The translations under genes and the position numbers were made by a program. From the NCBI GenBank assembly GCA_051294375.1, contig CM119271.1:1048721-1112720 (forward strand): a DNA stretch of 64,000 nucleotides, read 5' to 3'. Below, one piece after another: positions 1 through 13,104 of this stretch (within the stretch, counting starts at the first letter, position 1; every line of letters begins with the position of its first letter). The stretch comes from Paraspadella gotoi. Taxonomy: Eukaryota > Animalia > Chaetognatha. The notes under the pieces were generated by a model. It ran no database searches, had not been told where the DNA came from, and was given only the letters and a program-made list of their open reading frames with translations.

Positions 1-1006
1 ACGACGACGACGACGACGACGACGACGTTGATTTCTAAAAAACTTTATTTATTTAGTATAATCTTTAATCCAATTTTTCTTACAATTTTATCCATATTTT
101 AATAATAATGAAGGATCTACCCACAATATAATTAAACCATAAACTCGTTTACGAAAATTATCCCGACCTAAAACAAAAAATCTCTGGGTTAAAAATATTT
201 TTGATGTTTTGTTTTGCTTTTTTTTTTCCTTTCGTTTTTTTTTTTTTTTTTTTTTTTGCGATATCGTTTCGCCTTTTGTTTGTTTTCCTTCACGCATTTT
301 GTTTTTGCCGCCGATCCGAGTCGCTTTGGCTCTTTTTTCGCAAAACGACTTCCGTTTCAAAATATTTTCCCTTCCATTTTTGACTTTTGATCGAAATATC
401 AAATATTGACTTTGTTCGTTTCTTCATTAAATCTTTATTGTTCTTTTTTGTTCTTTTTTGTTCATTATTGTTCTTTTTTGTTATTTTTGTTGTTGTTTTT
501 GTTATTGTTCTCCAACGCCTAAATTCTTTATATTCATTCCTTACAGACTACACCCCAAATGCACAGGCTTCGAACCCCTCTACCGCCTCCCGGAATCCAC
601 TGAAAAAATAAAGAGGAACTTCGTTCGACGGCTTCGCCAACACCTCTCTCTCTCTTTATCCCTCTTCGCCCTGAAGATAAGCGAGAGAGCGAGAGCGAGA
701 CAGAGACAGAGACGCGTCGTTGGGAATCGCGCCGATTCCCCCGACGCCGTCAGTGTTACCCCGCCCTCTTTCGGCGAGGGACATGGGATTGGCGCCGTCG
801 CCGCGCCCACATCCCCGCCTTCGATCGCCGTCCACGCTCACGTCGACGAGGCGGCGCCGGCCAGCGCCGGAAAACACAAACTCCGGCGCCGAGAGCGTGA
901 AATGGCGCCATCGTGAAATTGACTGCGTCCCTGTGATCAGAAATTCCGTCAAAATGAAATCCTTTTTAGCTTCGTCTTCCCTGTTTGGGTGAGTTTTAGG
1001 GTAATG

Positions 1007-1110
<104 letters not shown>

Positions 1111-1861
1111 CCAGCAATAGTCCAAACGCGTCAAAGGTCCACACTCGCAATATCTGTCGATTTGGTGTCTGGTGAGAGATTTTATCCAATTAAAAAGAGG
1201 TGAAAGGTAATTGAGAGGGAAAGTACAAAACTTAGCTTCGCTTTGTTTGAGTTCACGTGAACTTAAACTTGAAAATTTTATTTTCTACATCAAACAAACA
1301 AACTCATAATAAACATAAACAAACAAACTAATAATAAACATAAACAAACAAAAACGAGGACAACGACATAAAAATCTTGTTTTTCGTTTTTCTGGCGAAA
1401 CCGAAATTTCTGAGAGCAAAGTTCGGCTAAGAAAAAAAAAAGAAAAAAGGGAAAAAAATGAGAAAATGAGTCTGTTAAACTAATTTAGTAATATATTTTT
1501 TTTTTTCGGGGGCGGACGTGAAAAAAAAAGTGAAATTGATAAGAGTCAAGGTAGAATGTGAGAAGATTGGATTTTTAAGAAAGTCTGTTTAAACTGAAAA
1601 GCTCGATTTAAAGAAACATCTGGACTAACATTAACATTCTTTATTCATTTAAAATTTAGATTTGCCGTTAAAGCGAAAAAAAATTATGTAATTACTTTTT
1701 AACATCATCTAGTTCAAAAATGATTAACTTTTCAAATCCATTTTCTCTATTTAAATATTTAATATCTTCAATAAGCTGGATTTCTGAGTTTTCTTTTAAA
1801 AAAAATGGATCGGCCAATTAAGCGGCATATTTTTGCCCTAAAGACGTTATAAGAAAAATTC

Positions 1862-1898
<37 letters not shown>

Positions 1899-2320
1899 CC
1901 CTTCCCTATCGGAGGCTCAAAGTAAACAATCTAGAGTAAACAGACTTTCTCCGCTGCATGCGTCGTCGTCGTCGTCGTCGTCAGCGTCGTCGTGTCTAAA
2001 GATGATCCCTAACGCGACGGAAGTGAAGAAATGATAAACGTCTCACTAAATCACGAATTGACAAAATCACCGAATCGCAAAATCAACGAGAGCGAGTTTC
2101 TCGTCTCACAAATGTCGTTTTTCATTCCGCTAGAGGGAGGGCGAAGGAGGAAGACGTCTCCCGCTCGTTTTAACACACGTTTTTCTTTAAGCGTCAAACG
2201 ACATCTGTCAATTCTATAATTCACTTTGTCGGTCTGTCGGTCCCACCCCAAAATCTTGTCGGTAAATCATTATTATCATATCAGAAACTCGAATTATGAT
2301 AAATTACGCCAAAAAAAATG

Positions 2321-2535
2321 ATGTCCATCCGTCCGTCCGTCCGTTCGTCTGTCCATCCGTCCGTCCGTCCGTCTGTCTGACTGTCCATCCGTCCTCCGTT
2401 AGCAAAAAACTCCAATTACTCATGATTTAATGGATGTATTAGAATGAAATTTTGTGTGTGGGTAGCAAGATGTGTGATTGAGCTGGATATGAAGTTTCGA
2501 TGGAATCGTCCAAGTGGAAATGAGTTTAAATGGAA
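2321..2535 (+). mobile_element. Possible DINE-1/HINE-like (non-autonomous Helentron) fragment
   Basis: (GTCC/GTCT)n microsatellite at 2321-2398 followed by a core containing 'gaatgaaattttgtgtgtgggtag'. This order (microsatellite then core) is typical of DINE-1/HINE-type elements. Termini not identified. Confidence 0.35.
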
Positions 2536-2785
2536 AAAACAAAACAATATATTTCACTATTTGAACGAAAAAATAAAAAACATGTTTCACTAATTGATTA
2601 TGCTTCTTTTTCTTTTTAAATTAAATGTAAATGCAAGATGTATTAATTAATAAAATAATCAATCAGTTAATTAATCAAATAGTCCATTAATCAAATAGTC
2701 AGTTAATTAATCAATAATTAGTTAATCACTAAATTAATCAATTAATTATTCGATCAATCAATTTATTTATCTATTAATTAATTAT

Positions 2786-2817
<32 letters not shown>

Positions 2818-3191
2818 GTCAACCGTTATAAGCATAATTGTTGTCATTATCGTCTTCATTGCTTTTGTCATAGTTAGTGATGGAAAGACCAAAAAACAAA
2901 CATTTCTGATTAAATTAAATAATTAATAATTTCTTAATTAATTAATTAACTTGAATGAATAGATTAATTAATTAATTAATTACCGCTAATGATCGTGGGC
3001 AGATCCGACATTGTTTACTCAAACTGGTTTTACTATTTTTTTTCTTGTTTTGTCATCCTCATTGTCATCATCATCGTCATCTTAATTGTCATTCTCACTG
3101 TCATTCAGATTAAGACGAATCATTCCATTAAAAGTCTGTCATCACAACCAATTCTCTTCCTCGCTAATTGTCATTCCAACCCCAGCGCCCT

Positions 3192-3615
3192 CATTGTCGT
3201 CTTGGTCGTCGTTGTGTTCTTTGTCATTGTCGTCGTGTTCTTCGTCATTGTNNNNNNNNNNNNNNNNNNNNNNNNNCATCGTGTGTTCTTTGTCATTGTC
3301 GTCAATTGTGTTCTTTCGTCATTGTCGTCGTTGTGTTCTTTGTCATTGTCGTTGTTGTGTTTCTTTGTCATTGTCGTTGTTGTGTTCTTTGTCATTGTCG
3401 TTGTTGTGTCTTTTGTCATTGTCGTCATTGTGTTTTCGTCATTGTCGTCGTTTGTTTTTTGTCATTGTCCGTTGTTTGTATTCTTTTCATTGTCGTCGTT
3501 GTGTTCTTTCGTCATTGTCGTCGTTGTGTTTCTTTGTCGTCGTTGTGTTCTTTTGTCATTGTGTCGTTGTGGTCTTTCGTCATTGTTCGTCGTTTGTGTT
3601 TTTCTTTGTCATTGT
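3192..3615. repeat. ~24-bp minisatellite (GTCATTGTCGTCGTTGTGTTCTTT)n
   Basis: About 15 or more degenerate tandem copies, interrupted by a 25-N gap at 3252-3276. It explains the Val/Ser/Cys-rich ORFs here. Confidence 0.9.
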
Positions 3616-3721
3616 CGTAATCGTCGTCAACATCGTGTCATCCACATTTTTTCTCTATTTTTCTTTTTTTAATCTCCTTTCGAAGGCTTAAAATCTATCT
3701 CTCTCTCTGTCTCTCTCTCCT

Positions 3722-3760
<39 letters not shown>

Positions 3761-3934
3761 CTCTCTCACTCCCTCCTCTTCTCTTCTCTCTCATGCCGTT
3801 GAGAAAAAAGGCTAGGTTCTTAAGAGTAAAGAGCAAGCGGATCGTGACGAAATCTCTTGTCCTTGTCGAGGTGAAATGGAGGTGAGCGGGAAGAAGTCTT
3901 GTGCGTTCACCGCTCTTCGTCATTGTCGTCGTTG

Positions 3935-4038
3935 TGTTCTTTGTCATTGTCGTAATCGTCGTCAACATCGTGTCATCCACATTTTTTCTCTATTTTCTTT
4001 TTTAATCTCCTTTCGAAGCTTAAAATCTATCTCTCTCT
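3935..4038 (+). repeat. Short direct duplicate of ~3600-3705
   Basis: 'gtcattgtcgtaatcgtcgtcaacatcgtgtcatccacatttttt...ttaaaatctatctctctct' occurs twice with small indels. Probably overlap from gap filling. Confidence 0.85.
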
Positions 4039-5699
4039 NNNNNNNNNNNNNNNNNNNNNNNNNNNNNNNNNNNNNNNNNNNNNNNNNNNNNNNNNNNNNN
4101 NNNNNNNNNNNNNNNNNNNNNNNNNNNNNNNNNNNNNNNNNNNNNNNNNNNNNNNNNNNNNNNNNNNNNNNNNNNNNNNNNNNNNNNNNNNNNNNNNNNN
4201 NNNNNNNNNNNNNNNNNNNNNNNNNNNNNNNNNNNNNNNNNNNNNNNNNNNNNNNNNNNNNNNNNNNNNNNNNNNNNNNNNNNNNNNNNNNNNNNNNNNN
4301 NNNNNNNNNNNNNNNNNNNNNNNNNNNNNNNNNNNNNNNNNNNNNNNNNNNNNNNNNNNNNNNNNNNNNNNNNNNNNNNNNNNNNNNNNNNNNNNNNNNN
4401 NNNNNNNNNNNNNNNNNNNNNNNNNNNNNCCTCTCCTTTTTTCCTCTCCCAGACTCCAAGCAAAAAAGAAAACAGGAAGCTTCTCTTTCCTCAGATTTTA
4501 CGACAAAACAATAATTAAAAGTCGCTTAAAAAAAAAGAAACATGATTGGTCGGTCTCGAACGCCCGACTCACCCAACCACTTTGCTTCTACTTCCACTAT
4601 CTTTACGACCCTCTTCTGTTGTTGTTTTTTTTTCCGTAAAAATATCTCGACGACGACGATTGCATTTCATCTCTCTCTCTCTCTCTCTCTCTCTCTGTTC
4701 GCGTTAGGGTCAGAAAGCATCCGAATTTTTCCCTCTAGTCAAAAACGTAAATATTTTGAGAAAAATCAATTTCACTGTATCCAAAAAGTTCTGTGGTTTT
4801 TAACGAGAAGNNNNNNNNNNNNNNNNNNNNNNNNNNNNNNNNNNNNNNNNNNNNNNNNNNNNNNNNNNNNNNNNNNNNNNNNNNNNNNNNNNNNNNNNNN
4901 NNNNNNNNNNNNNNNNNNNNNNNNNNNNNNNNNNNNNNNNNNNNNNNNNNNNNNNNNNNNNNNNNNNNNNNNNNNNNNNNNNNNNNNNNNNNNNNNNNNN
5001 NNNNNNNNNNNNNNNNNNNNNNNNNNNNNNNNNNNNNNNNNNNNNNNNNNNNNNNNNNGGTTAAAAAGGGGAAACCTCTCGGATCGGCGGGTTAAGTGCG
5101 TCCGTAGATGAGGAAGGGTGAGCCTTGGGTCCAGAGCACGGGGGCCTGTGGATAAAGTATGGAGAAAGTGNNNNNNNNNNNNNNNNNNNNNNNNNNNNNN
5201 NNNNNNNNNNNNNNNNNNNNNNNNNNNNNNNNNNNNNNNNNNNNNNNNNNNNNNNNNNNNNNNNNNNNNNNNNNNNNNNNNNNNNNNNNNNNNNNNNNNN
5301 NNNNNNNNNNNNNNNNNNNNNNNNNNNNNNNNNNNNNNNNNNNNNNNNNNNNNNNNNNNNNNNNNNNNNNNNNNNNNNNNNNNNNNNNNNNNNNNNNNNN
5401 NNNNNNNNNNNNNNNNNNNNNNNNNNTCTTTTTTCTTTGTCTTCCTGAAGACGAGGTCCGTAAATTGAGTTGCCTTTTGGGTCCCGGTTCGCGTCTGGCG
5501 GGAAACGATCGCGCGCCAGACCGACCGACCGACCGACCGACCGACTTCTTTGGTCTTGACCGACAAGTCTTGTTCACATTTCTCACCGACGAATTATAAA
5601 ACTAGGATTTCGTGAAAGAGAATTTTCACGATCACTCGAATTTGTTGCGTGAAACTCAATTCGAGAAATTTCTCGCAAATTTGTTTTTACAAATAATTG

Positions 5700-5895
5700 G
5701 GTTTTGGTTAAGGAATAAGGATTATAGCTAGAAATTAGAGTTATAAGGATTAGGTATCAAGATTAGGGATCAGAAACTCAGGTAACGAATTACCGTTAAG
5801 GATTAGTTTACGGATTTGATAAGTATATTATGTTAAAACTAGTATTAGGTTAAAATTAGTATAAGGTTAAAATTAGTATTAGGTTAAAATTAAGT
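5700..5895 (+). repeat. Degenerate TTAGG/TTAAGG/ATTAGG-rich low-complexity tract
   Basis: Many imperfect ttagg/ggatta/ggtta units. Similar tracts at 15205-15420, 26175-26385, 30185-30390 (reverse complement) and 50765-51025. Confidence 0.6.
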
Positions 5896-6091
5896 GTACT
5901 GGCATAAAGGAAAATAAATCGAGCGCTTTAAGAGAGGAGTGACGATATTTTTAACGCGATATTTCCAATTCAGAAAAATAAGTTTTTTCACTAATTGACA
6001 CAAGTTATTTAGCTAAGGTGTAACTCGGTTCACAATTTTGGTCGGGCGAAAAAGGCAATTAGACCGAATTTATGCCGTCTTTAATTTTAGC

Positions 6092-6127
<36 letters not shown>

Positions 6128-9100
6128 NNNNNNNNNNNNNNNNNNNNNNNNNNNNNNNNNNNNNNNNNNNNNNNNNNNNNNNNNNNNNNNNNNNNNNNNN
6201 NNNNNNNNNNNNNNNNNNNNNNNNNNNNNNNNNNNNNNNNNNNNNNNNNNNNNNNNNNNNNNNNNNTATATATATATATATTAATTTATCGTTTTTTTCC
6301 ACAGGCTCATCGTGGGGCTTCACTGTTTCCTAGGACTAGTACAATTAACACATGCAGTGAGTACAAATCTATATTTCTTTTTTCTACTATCAGTCGTAAA
6401 TATTTTCCAGAAATACAATTTATTTTTTTAGATCTAGCGACGTGCATTTCGGTTTTCGAATTAAACGAATCTTTTCTTTCGCAAAAGTATTTTTAGCAAA
6501 CTTTTTAGGTTTAACGCAAAGTTCGGCAAAAAGTTTAGATTTTCTTCTTTCCCGCCGCTCTGCGTATACGGCGGCGAAGCAGCGTCGCAGCATCCGCCGT
6601 TGCAGCGGCAGCTTGTCAGCGCAGCGGCGGCGGAGGAAGCGGCGGAACTTGAAATTACTGACTTTAAAAAGGAGAGAACGAAAGCCCCAGGGAGAAAAAC
6701 TTTAAACCAAAAAAAAAAANNNNNNNNNNNNNNNNNNNNNNNNNNNNNNNNNNNNNNNNNNNNNNNNNNNNNNNNNNNNNNNNNNNNNNNNNNNNNNNNN
6801 NNNNNNNNNNNNNNNNNNNNNNNNNNNNNNNNNNNNNNNNNNNNNNNNNNNNNNNNNNNNNNNNNNNNNNNNNNNNNNNNNNNNNNNNNNNNNNNNNNNN
6901 NNNNAACCGCTAAAAACCCGAGGGGGGAGTTTAGAAAGAAGAGGATTTTTCTATTTCACTTTGTCTCATTTTTTCAAGTTCGATAAACTTTTCTTNNNNN
7001 NNNNNNNNNNNNNNNNNNNNCATTTTTTATATGTTCTCATCAACCTGGGGGAGGAACCGCCTTTTTGTGTGAACTCTCTCTCTCTCTCTCGTCTCTCTGC
7101 TTCTCCTGTCTCTCCTTTCTCTCTCTCTAAAAACGTTTTTTGTGAGAACGATTTGTTTGTAAAAAGTATTTGGAAGTGTAGGATGTTTTTTGTTTATGTG
7201 AAAAACAGTATTTATTAAATGAGTCATAAAAGCAAGGAAGCATGCAACTTAAAATGGAACAGATATGTGTAATTTAGATGTGGATTAGTTTAAGTTCAAT
7301 TTTTGGTGGTATTGTGCCTGACTTTTTTTATTATCATTACGGAATAGTTCGGATGAAAATTATTCATTAAGTTAACAGAGTATTTTTGTCGCCATTATCT
7401 AGACTGTAGAAAAAATAGCGTACTCTCTGTGTGACTTTTGTTGTTAGACTGAGTGCAAAGTAAAAGTTTCACCGTCCTACGCCGACGAAAGATTAATAAC
7501 TCGACGAAAAGTTAAAAGGGCCGCCACGGATGATTATCACATTTTTTTATGCTTGAGTGTTTGTAAACTATTACGAACTCATAGTAAATATATAGAATTG
7601 GCTTTCAGCGTTATTAGGTCGGACAAAGTTTATTGAGCAATGTCTCAATGTACAAAGCGATGGGAAATAATAATTTAGTCCCAACTGGTTTAAACGCGTG
7701 GGTTCGTCCTGGGTCGAAATCTGTAAAAAAAGGTAGAAAGAATAAATAACAATAAAAGTAACGTCTTCTTAAGAAAGGTGTCAACTGTAGTCTGGACACC
7801 TTAACTTTCGAAATCAAATAGAATAATAGTACAAAAATCTCTGGATGAAGACAGACATTTACGGACACACGAGACGCCATGTAACGAAAAAGACAGGCGC
7901 GCAGGACGAACGGACCGGATAAAGTACAAAAAATTCGTAAAGAATTTTAAGATGATTAATAAGGGAGCGGATCTTTTTCTCTGCTTTTGATCCTCACTTT
8001 TTGCTTCGTTAAACTATCATAGATCTAGTTTGCGCTTCAGCCAACAAACGTGATAGAGTTAATTGACCGGATTAACGGGGTTTCGTCAATTAGGCGGAGA
8101 GTTGCTGAGTGATGTGAGATCAGAGAGGAGAGAGGGAGGGAGGGGAGAGAGAGAGGAGAGAGGAGAAGAGAGAGAGAGGAGAGAGACGGAGAGAGAGAAG
8201 AGAGAGAGGAGTGATGAGAGAGAGAGAGTAAAAAAAAGCACCCCACAAAAAAAATGAGAAAGAGAGGATACTGTAACAAGGCACAGCCGCCCGTTATGGC
8301 ACGTACGCCCGTCTGATCCGCAGGTCGGGTAATATTTCATCTCAAGCGCTTAAAAGGGGCCTTCGCTTCCTGCCGCGTTTCCTGCCCCGTGTTCGTGCCA
8401 AAGGAATGGAAAGACCGATAAATATTCCATCGCTAGTCGAAAAAAAAAGTGAAAAGTTGATTACGGAGGCAACGACGGAAGTCATAGCGAAGAAGCTTGG
8501 AATTAACGAGATCCGCTTAAAGAGTTTCTTTAAAATAAAAAAAAACAAACAATAACACGACCTCTATCACTTTATAGTTTCTCCAATATTATCGTTGGTT
8601 ATTCACGGTTATAAACTTGAATGGTACACGGAAGAGATAAAGCTTGAAATTAAATTAAGGACTTAAGAATTGGGAAGTACGAAAACGCGTTAAATGAAGC
8701 GGGCGATAAATTAAGCTACGAGAAATAGTATGTAAAGATGTCTAGCTTCCTCGTTCAGTAAAACAAATGAGTGAAAAGTCAGAGTCGGAAAAGTGTAGAG
8801 CGAGACGAATAATTTGATTATCTAATTTAGCTGAGTTATAGCTTTATTATTCGGGCGCGCGTTGCGTTTATTAAATATCAAAGATTTCCTACACGGTGGT
8901 TGAATTATCAAATTATTAAATAACACACTAATAAATACCATTTAGTATCTGGCAATAAAGGTATTAAAAGTCAACGGCTTTTACCTTATGAAATGTTTTT
9001 CTTGCAAAACTCTCAGGGGCAAAGAATATCTCTCTCTCTTGTTTTTGTTTGTCCAATATGCGGATATGCCTTTCTGAGTCTCTCTCTCTCTCCTCTCTCT

Positions 9101-9974
9101 GCTCTCCTCTCCCTCTCTCTCTCTCCATGTCTGCGTCTCTCTAGCGTACCCACCGCGGCGGCCACGAGCTCCATCTCTGCAAGGTCTCACGCCGTCGCCC
9201 GTCCTCGTCCCACGGCCCGCCCCTCTGCGCGAAGCCTCGGGCGGGTCCAGTGAGCGCGGCGCAGGGCGGATGTACGTCTGGCCCTGGCTATCTGGCTTCA
9301 CGCCCCCCGCGGTCCGCGTCGCGGCGGCCGGTCGCGCCCCGCCCGCCGTTCACGGCCCCGCCTCTCTCTCTCTCTTCTCTCTCTGGTTCCGTTGCGGTTC
9401 GATTCGGCGATCAAAAAATGGTAGAGATTTTCATCGCCCTCGGCCGCCGCGTACTGCCCCCCTGGCCGCTGCCGCCCCTGCCGCCGCCTGGCTGCCGCGC
9501 CGTGCCGCCGGCCGCTGCCCGGCCGCCCGCCGCCGCCGCTGCACCTCCGTCGTACGGCTCCCGGTTAAGGCAGAAAAGAAAGACGAAACGCAACTGTAAA
9601 TAGTGGGAGGAGCAGGCGAAAGAGAGATGGGGCGAGGAGCAGAAGAGAGAGAGAGAGAAGAGCAGGAGAGCAGTAAGACCGAGGAGAACGAACAAAAGTA
9701 AGTGAGTGAGAGAGGAGTGAGGAGGATATGAATCTTATATCAGGCGCGTACCATCTCAAAAAAATTATAAATCACGGATGATTAAGTACGGGACAAGTGA
9801 CCGTTAGTCTGGGCATACTGAGAAAAATTGCTATTTGTTTAGTTTTGATTATTTTCTACCTCGTTAATTTTTTAAATTATATTGCTTCCTAGCTTTTTTT
9901 CTGCTAAAAGTAACAAAAAGTGAAAATAAATTTATTAATCTTCTCTCATGAAATTATTTCCGAACAATATTGTC

Positions 9975-10605
9975 TAACTGCGCCCCCCTTTCTATTTCAA
10001 CTCCCTATTCCTCATTTCAAACTCCACTTATCCCTCCCAATTTCAACTCCCCCTGTTTCCTCATTGTCAACTCCGCCCCTTGTCTCAATGGTTCAACTCC
10101 CCCTTTTCTCAATTCAAATCTCCCCTTTCTCATTTCGCAACTCCCCCCTTATCTCATTTCACTCCCCTTATTCCTCAATTTCAAGGTCTCCCTTTCTCAT
10201 TTCAAACCCCCCTTTCTCATTTCAACTCTCGCCTTTCTCATATTCACTCCCCCTTTCCTCATTTCAAACTCTCCTTTGGCTGTGCAGCCTTTTCTCATTT
10301 CACTCCCCCCTTTCTCATTTCAACGTCTCCCCTATTCGTCTATTTCAACTCCCGCCTTTCTCATTTCAAACTCTCTCTCCTTTCTTCTCATTTCAACTGC
10401 TCCGCCCTTTCTTCTATTTCACTTCCCACCCTTTCTCATTTCAACTCGGTCCCCCTTTCCTCACAATTTCTAACTCCCGCCTTTCTGCATTTCAAACTCG
10501 CCCTTTCTCATTTCAACTCCTCCCCCTTAATCAATTTAAACTTCCCGCGCCCTTGTCTTCATTTCACTCCCCCTTAACTCATTTCAACTCCGCCCCTTTC
10601 TCATT
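9975..10605 (+). repeat. ~21-bp pyrimidine-rich minisatellite (TTTCTCATTTCAACTCCCCCC-like)
   Basis: About 25-30 degenerate copies of a 'ctcatttcaactcc' core. Duplicated at 20949-21579 and in reverse complement at ~30735-31330. Confidence 0.9.
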
Positions 10606-11064
10606 TCCCGTCCCCCATAATTTTCTCATCAACCCCTCATCTCCCTTTCGCCCTGCCCCCCCCACAGTTCAGTGTAGTCCACACCGTGGAAAAGTCGATA
10701 GTCAGTCACTTTAGCGATTTCTAGTTGATTTTTGACAAATATCTTGTTCTTTAAATTCGCTTTGCCATTTCTATTTAAACGTTATGGTCGTTTTTTTGTC
10801 TTAGTACGGAATGTATTATTTTAGTCGCGGTCTCATTGCGGATGCAAATTGTTAATTTTGATTGCTGGTTTGGTTACCGTACAACATTATAGTCACGCTG
10901 CAGAATATAACTAATTTGTATTATAAGAACATAATAATTAGTTTAAATAATTCAACGTCAACAAGCTCCGTTGATGTGCGCTATGTGCTAGTCGTTGTCG
11001 CCTTGCTGACATATTATTTTTGTTGCATTACGTTTCTTGTAGATGCAGTGAAGTCATTGCGAAT

Positions 11065-11315
11065 ATGCCAAGGGCATGGTGGCAGTATAGTTTGCGCAGC
11101 AATAGGTGCATTTAGAATGAAAATGAGCCTCCGCAGAGACTTTTCGTTAAGTTTGCAGCTTTAAGTTGTTCGGGAAGTAATGTGTAGCGGATCGGATGAC
11201 TGAAATTTACGACTTTCAAAAGGGCATATCCAAGTGGCTGGGTGGTGTCTGAGATGGGACGAATAGACGCCCATAGTTCGGTATTTTTTGGGCGGTATTT
11301 GTTTCGGTTATTGTT
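11065..11315 (+). pseudogene. Possible frameshifted THAP-like zinc-finger exon inside the insertion
   Basis: Acceptor-like 'ttttgttgcattacgtttcttgtag' ends at 11042 and an ATG is at 11065. Allowing indels it reads MPRHGGSIVCAAIG(C)...RDFS..KF...KWLG...GRID...IC, loosely matching the THAP C-x4-C...W...C-x2-H order. It needs several manual frameshifts and the His is not visible. Confidence 0.25.
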
Positions 11316-11556
11316 GTTAAGAAAGAAGAATCTGACTTGCAAGTAGACTAGTTTATGTAGAACATCCGAAATTTTTATTATTTCTATATAAATTAACTAA
11401 GAAGTTGCGGAAGGCGACGAAAGAGAGAGAAGGGAGAAAGAGCAGAGAGAAAAGAGAGAGAAGAGAGAGATAGAGAGAGAGAGAAAGAGAGACGAAGAGA
11501 ATGAAGAGATGCGTAATATCAATCAGCCGCTGCTGTTTTTGACTAATCAGAACGAG

Positions 11557-11604
<48 letters not shown>

Positions 11605-13104
11605 GAGAGCAAGAAAGAGAGAGGGAGAGAAAGAGAAGAGAGAGAGAAAAAAAAAAAAAAAAAGCGAAAGAGAAAAGAGACGAGAGAGAGGGATCGAAGG
11701 CAGAGGGGATGACGCAGAGAGAGAGATTCGGACTTTAAGCCGTGCTGCTTTTGGAGATAATATGAAGAGGAAAGAAGAGAGAAAGAGAGAGAAACAAGAG
11801 AAGAGAGAGAGGAGAACAGAGATAAAAGAAAAAATCTTAAAAAGAATAGGGAGTCGGAGCCTCCCTTCAAGGTGATAACCGAGACATCTAAATTCGGTGC
11901 GATGCTAACCGAATGATTGATAGCGAGATGATAACCCGAAGTTATGTGATGCGGAGTGATAACCAATAATCCTGATGCGATGGCCATAGACGCAAAATGA
12001 TTCGATTTGTTATGATTAGCCAAATGATTGATGGTGATTTATGAACAAATGGGTTTGATGCGGATGCAGCTAGTTCATTCTATGTGATGGTGGATGATAA
12101 ATCATGTCATTGATAAGATGGATAGTCATTCATTGAGTCGATGATAGTCAATCTCATTGACTCAATGATCACTCGCACATACAATAACAAGCCAAAATGC
12201 GTGTTGTGTGTGAAAGATTAAGCAGAGAGAAGAAGGAGAGGAGAGATTGAAAGGAGGGAGAGAGAATGAAGTGAATATAATCCACCGGAAATGCTGCGGA
12301 TGTGATTTTGGGAGTATTTTGCATTGAAGGAAAAAAATCGGGTCGAAATAGAATGGCGATGAATAACAGTTTTTAAAAAAGGAAAGAAAATATTCAATTT
12401 TTTTTAAAAAAAAGACGGATGCACGCAGAGGGAGATCGTAGCAGAGAGAGAGAGACAGAAAGAGAAAGACAGACAGAAAGCAGAGATAGCTTGGACCAGC
12501 CGCTGGAAGGCAGCTGCAACAGTCCACTGGCATGACCTGCAACTTGTTTTATAAAGGTTTATGAAAAGCGCAGCACTGACGAAAGAATAGAGAAGAAAAA
12601 TGTTTATATGATAATGTTAAAGAAATAAAGAAAGGAAAAAAAATGTTACACATTGTTTACAATTGGAAATTTTTACATTTTTTAGTAATTGATCCTTTCT
12701 TAATAATTTGTTAACGTTGTAAATAAAGAAATTTTTCTGACCATGTATTTTGCATGGTATTTAAAACCTTTGGAGTAGTTTGTACTGATCGTAATGTCTG
12801 CAACTGGGATTTGTAGTATTTAATACCTTTTTAAGAAAGTGAGAATAAAGTAAAGGATAAGATCTTAGGAAACTTACAGTGTTATACGAGATGACCATAA
12901 TGTAATTTAGATAATCATTCTAGGAATTAAATACCATAATAGGGAATTGAAGATACTTCAAAAGCAAAGGAATGAGAGTGGTATACTGCAATTAGCTTTG
13001 TCAATCAAACAAGTTCCAAGGATAAAGCTTTTTGCCTTAAATAGATAAAATCAAACAAATTATTGGAGGTTGGGTGGCGTTGGGTGGCTAATGCATGTAG
13101 AATA

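Noticed and set aside
700-916. GC-rich island as a coding exon
   Set aside because: Several frames are open because of high GC; there is no recognisable protein motif or convincing splice sites.
2989-3691. Val/Cys/Ser-rich ORFs as membrane or metal-binding proteins
   Set aside because: They are translations of a 24-bp minisatellite across an N gap.
3876-6986. Long ORFs dominated by X residues (also near 52-55 kb and 62-63 kb)
   Set aside because: They are read-through of N gaps.
9920-10714. 264-aa ORF (and copy 20894-21688) as a gene
   Set aside because: It is a translation of a pyrimidine-rich 21-bp minisatellite, open in all three + frames.
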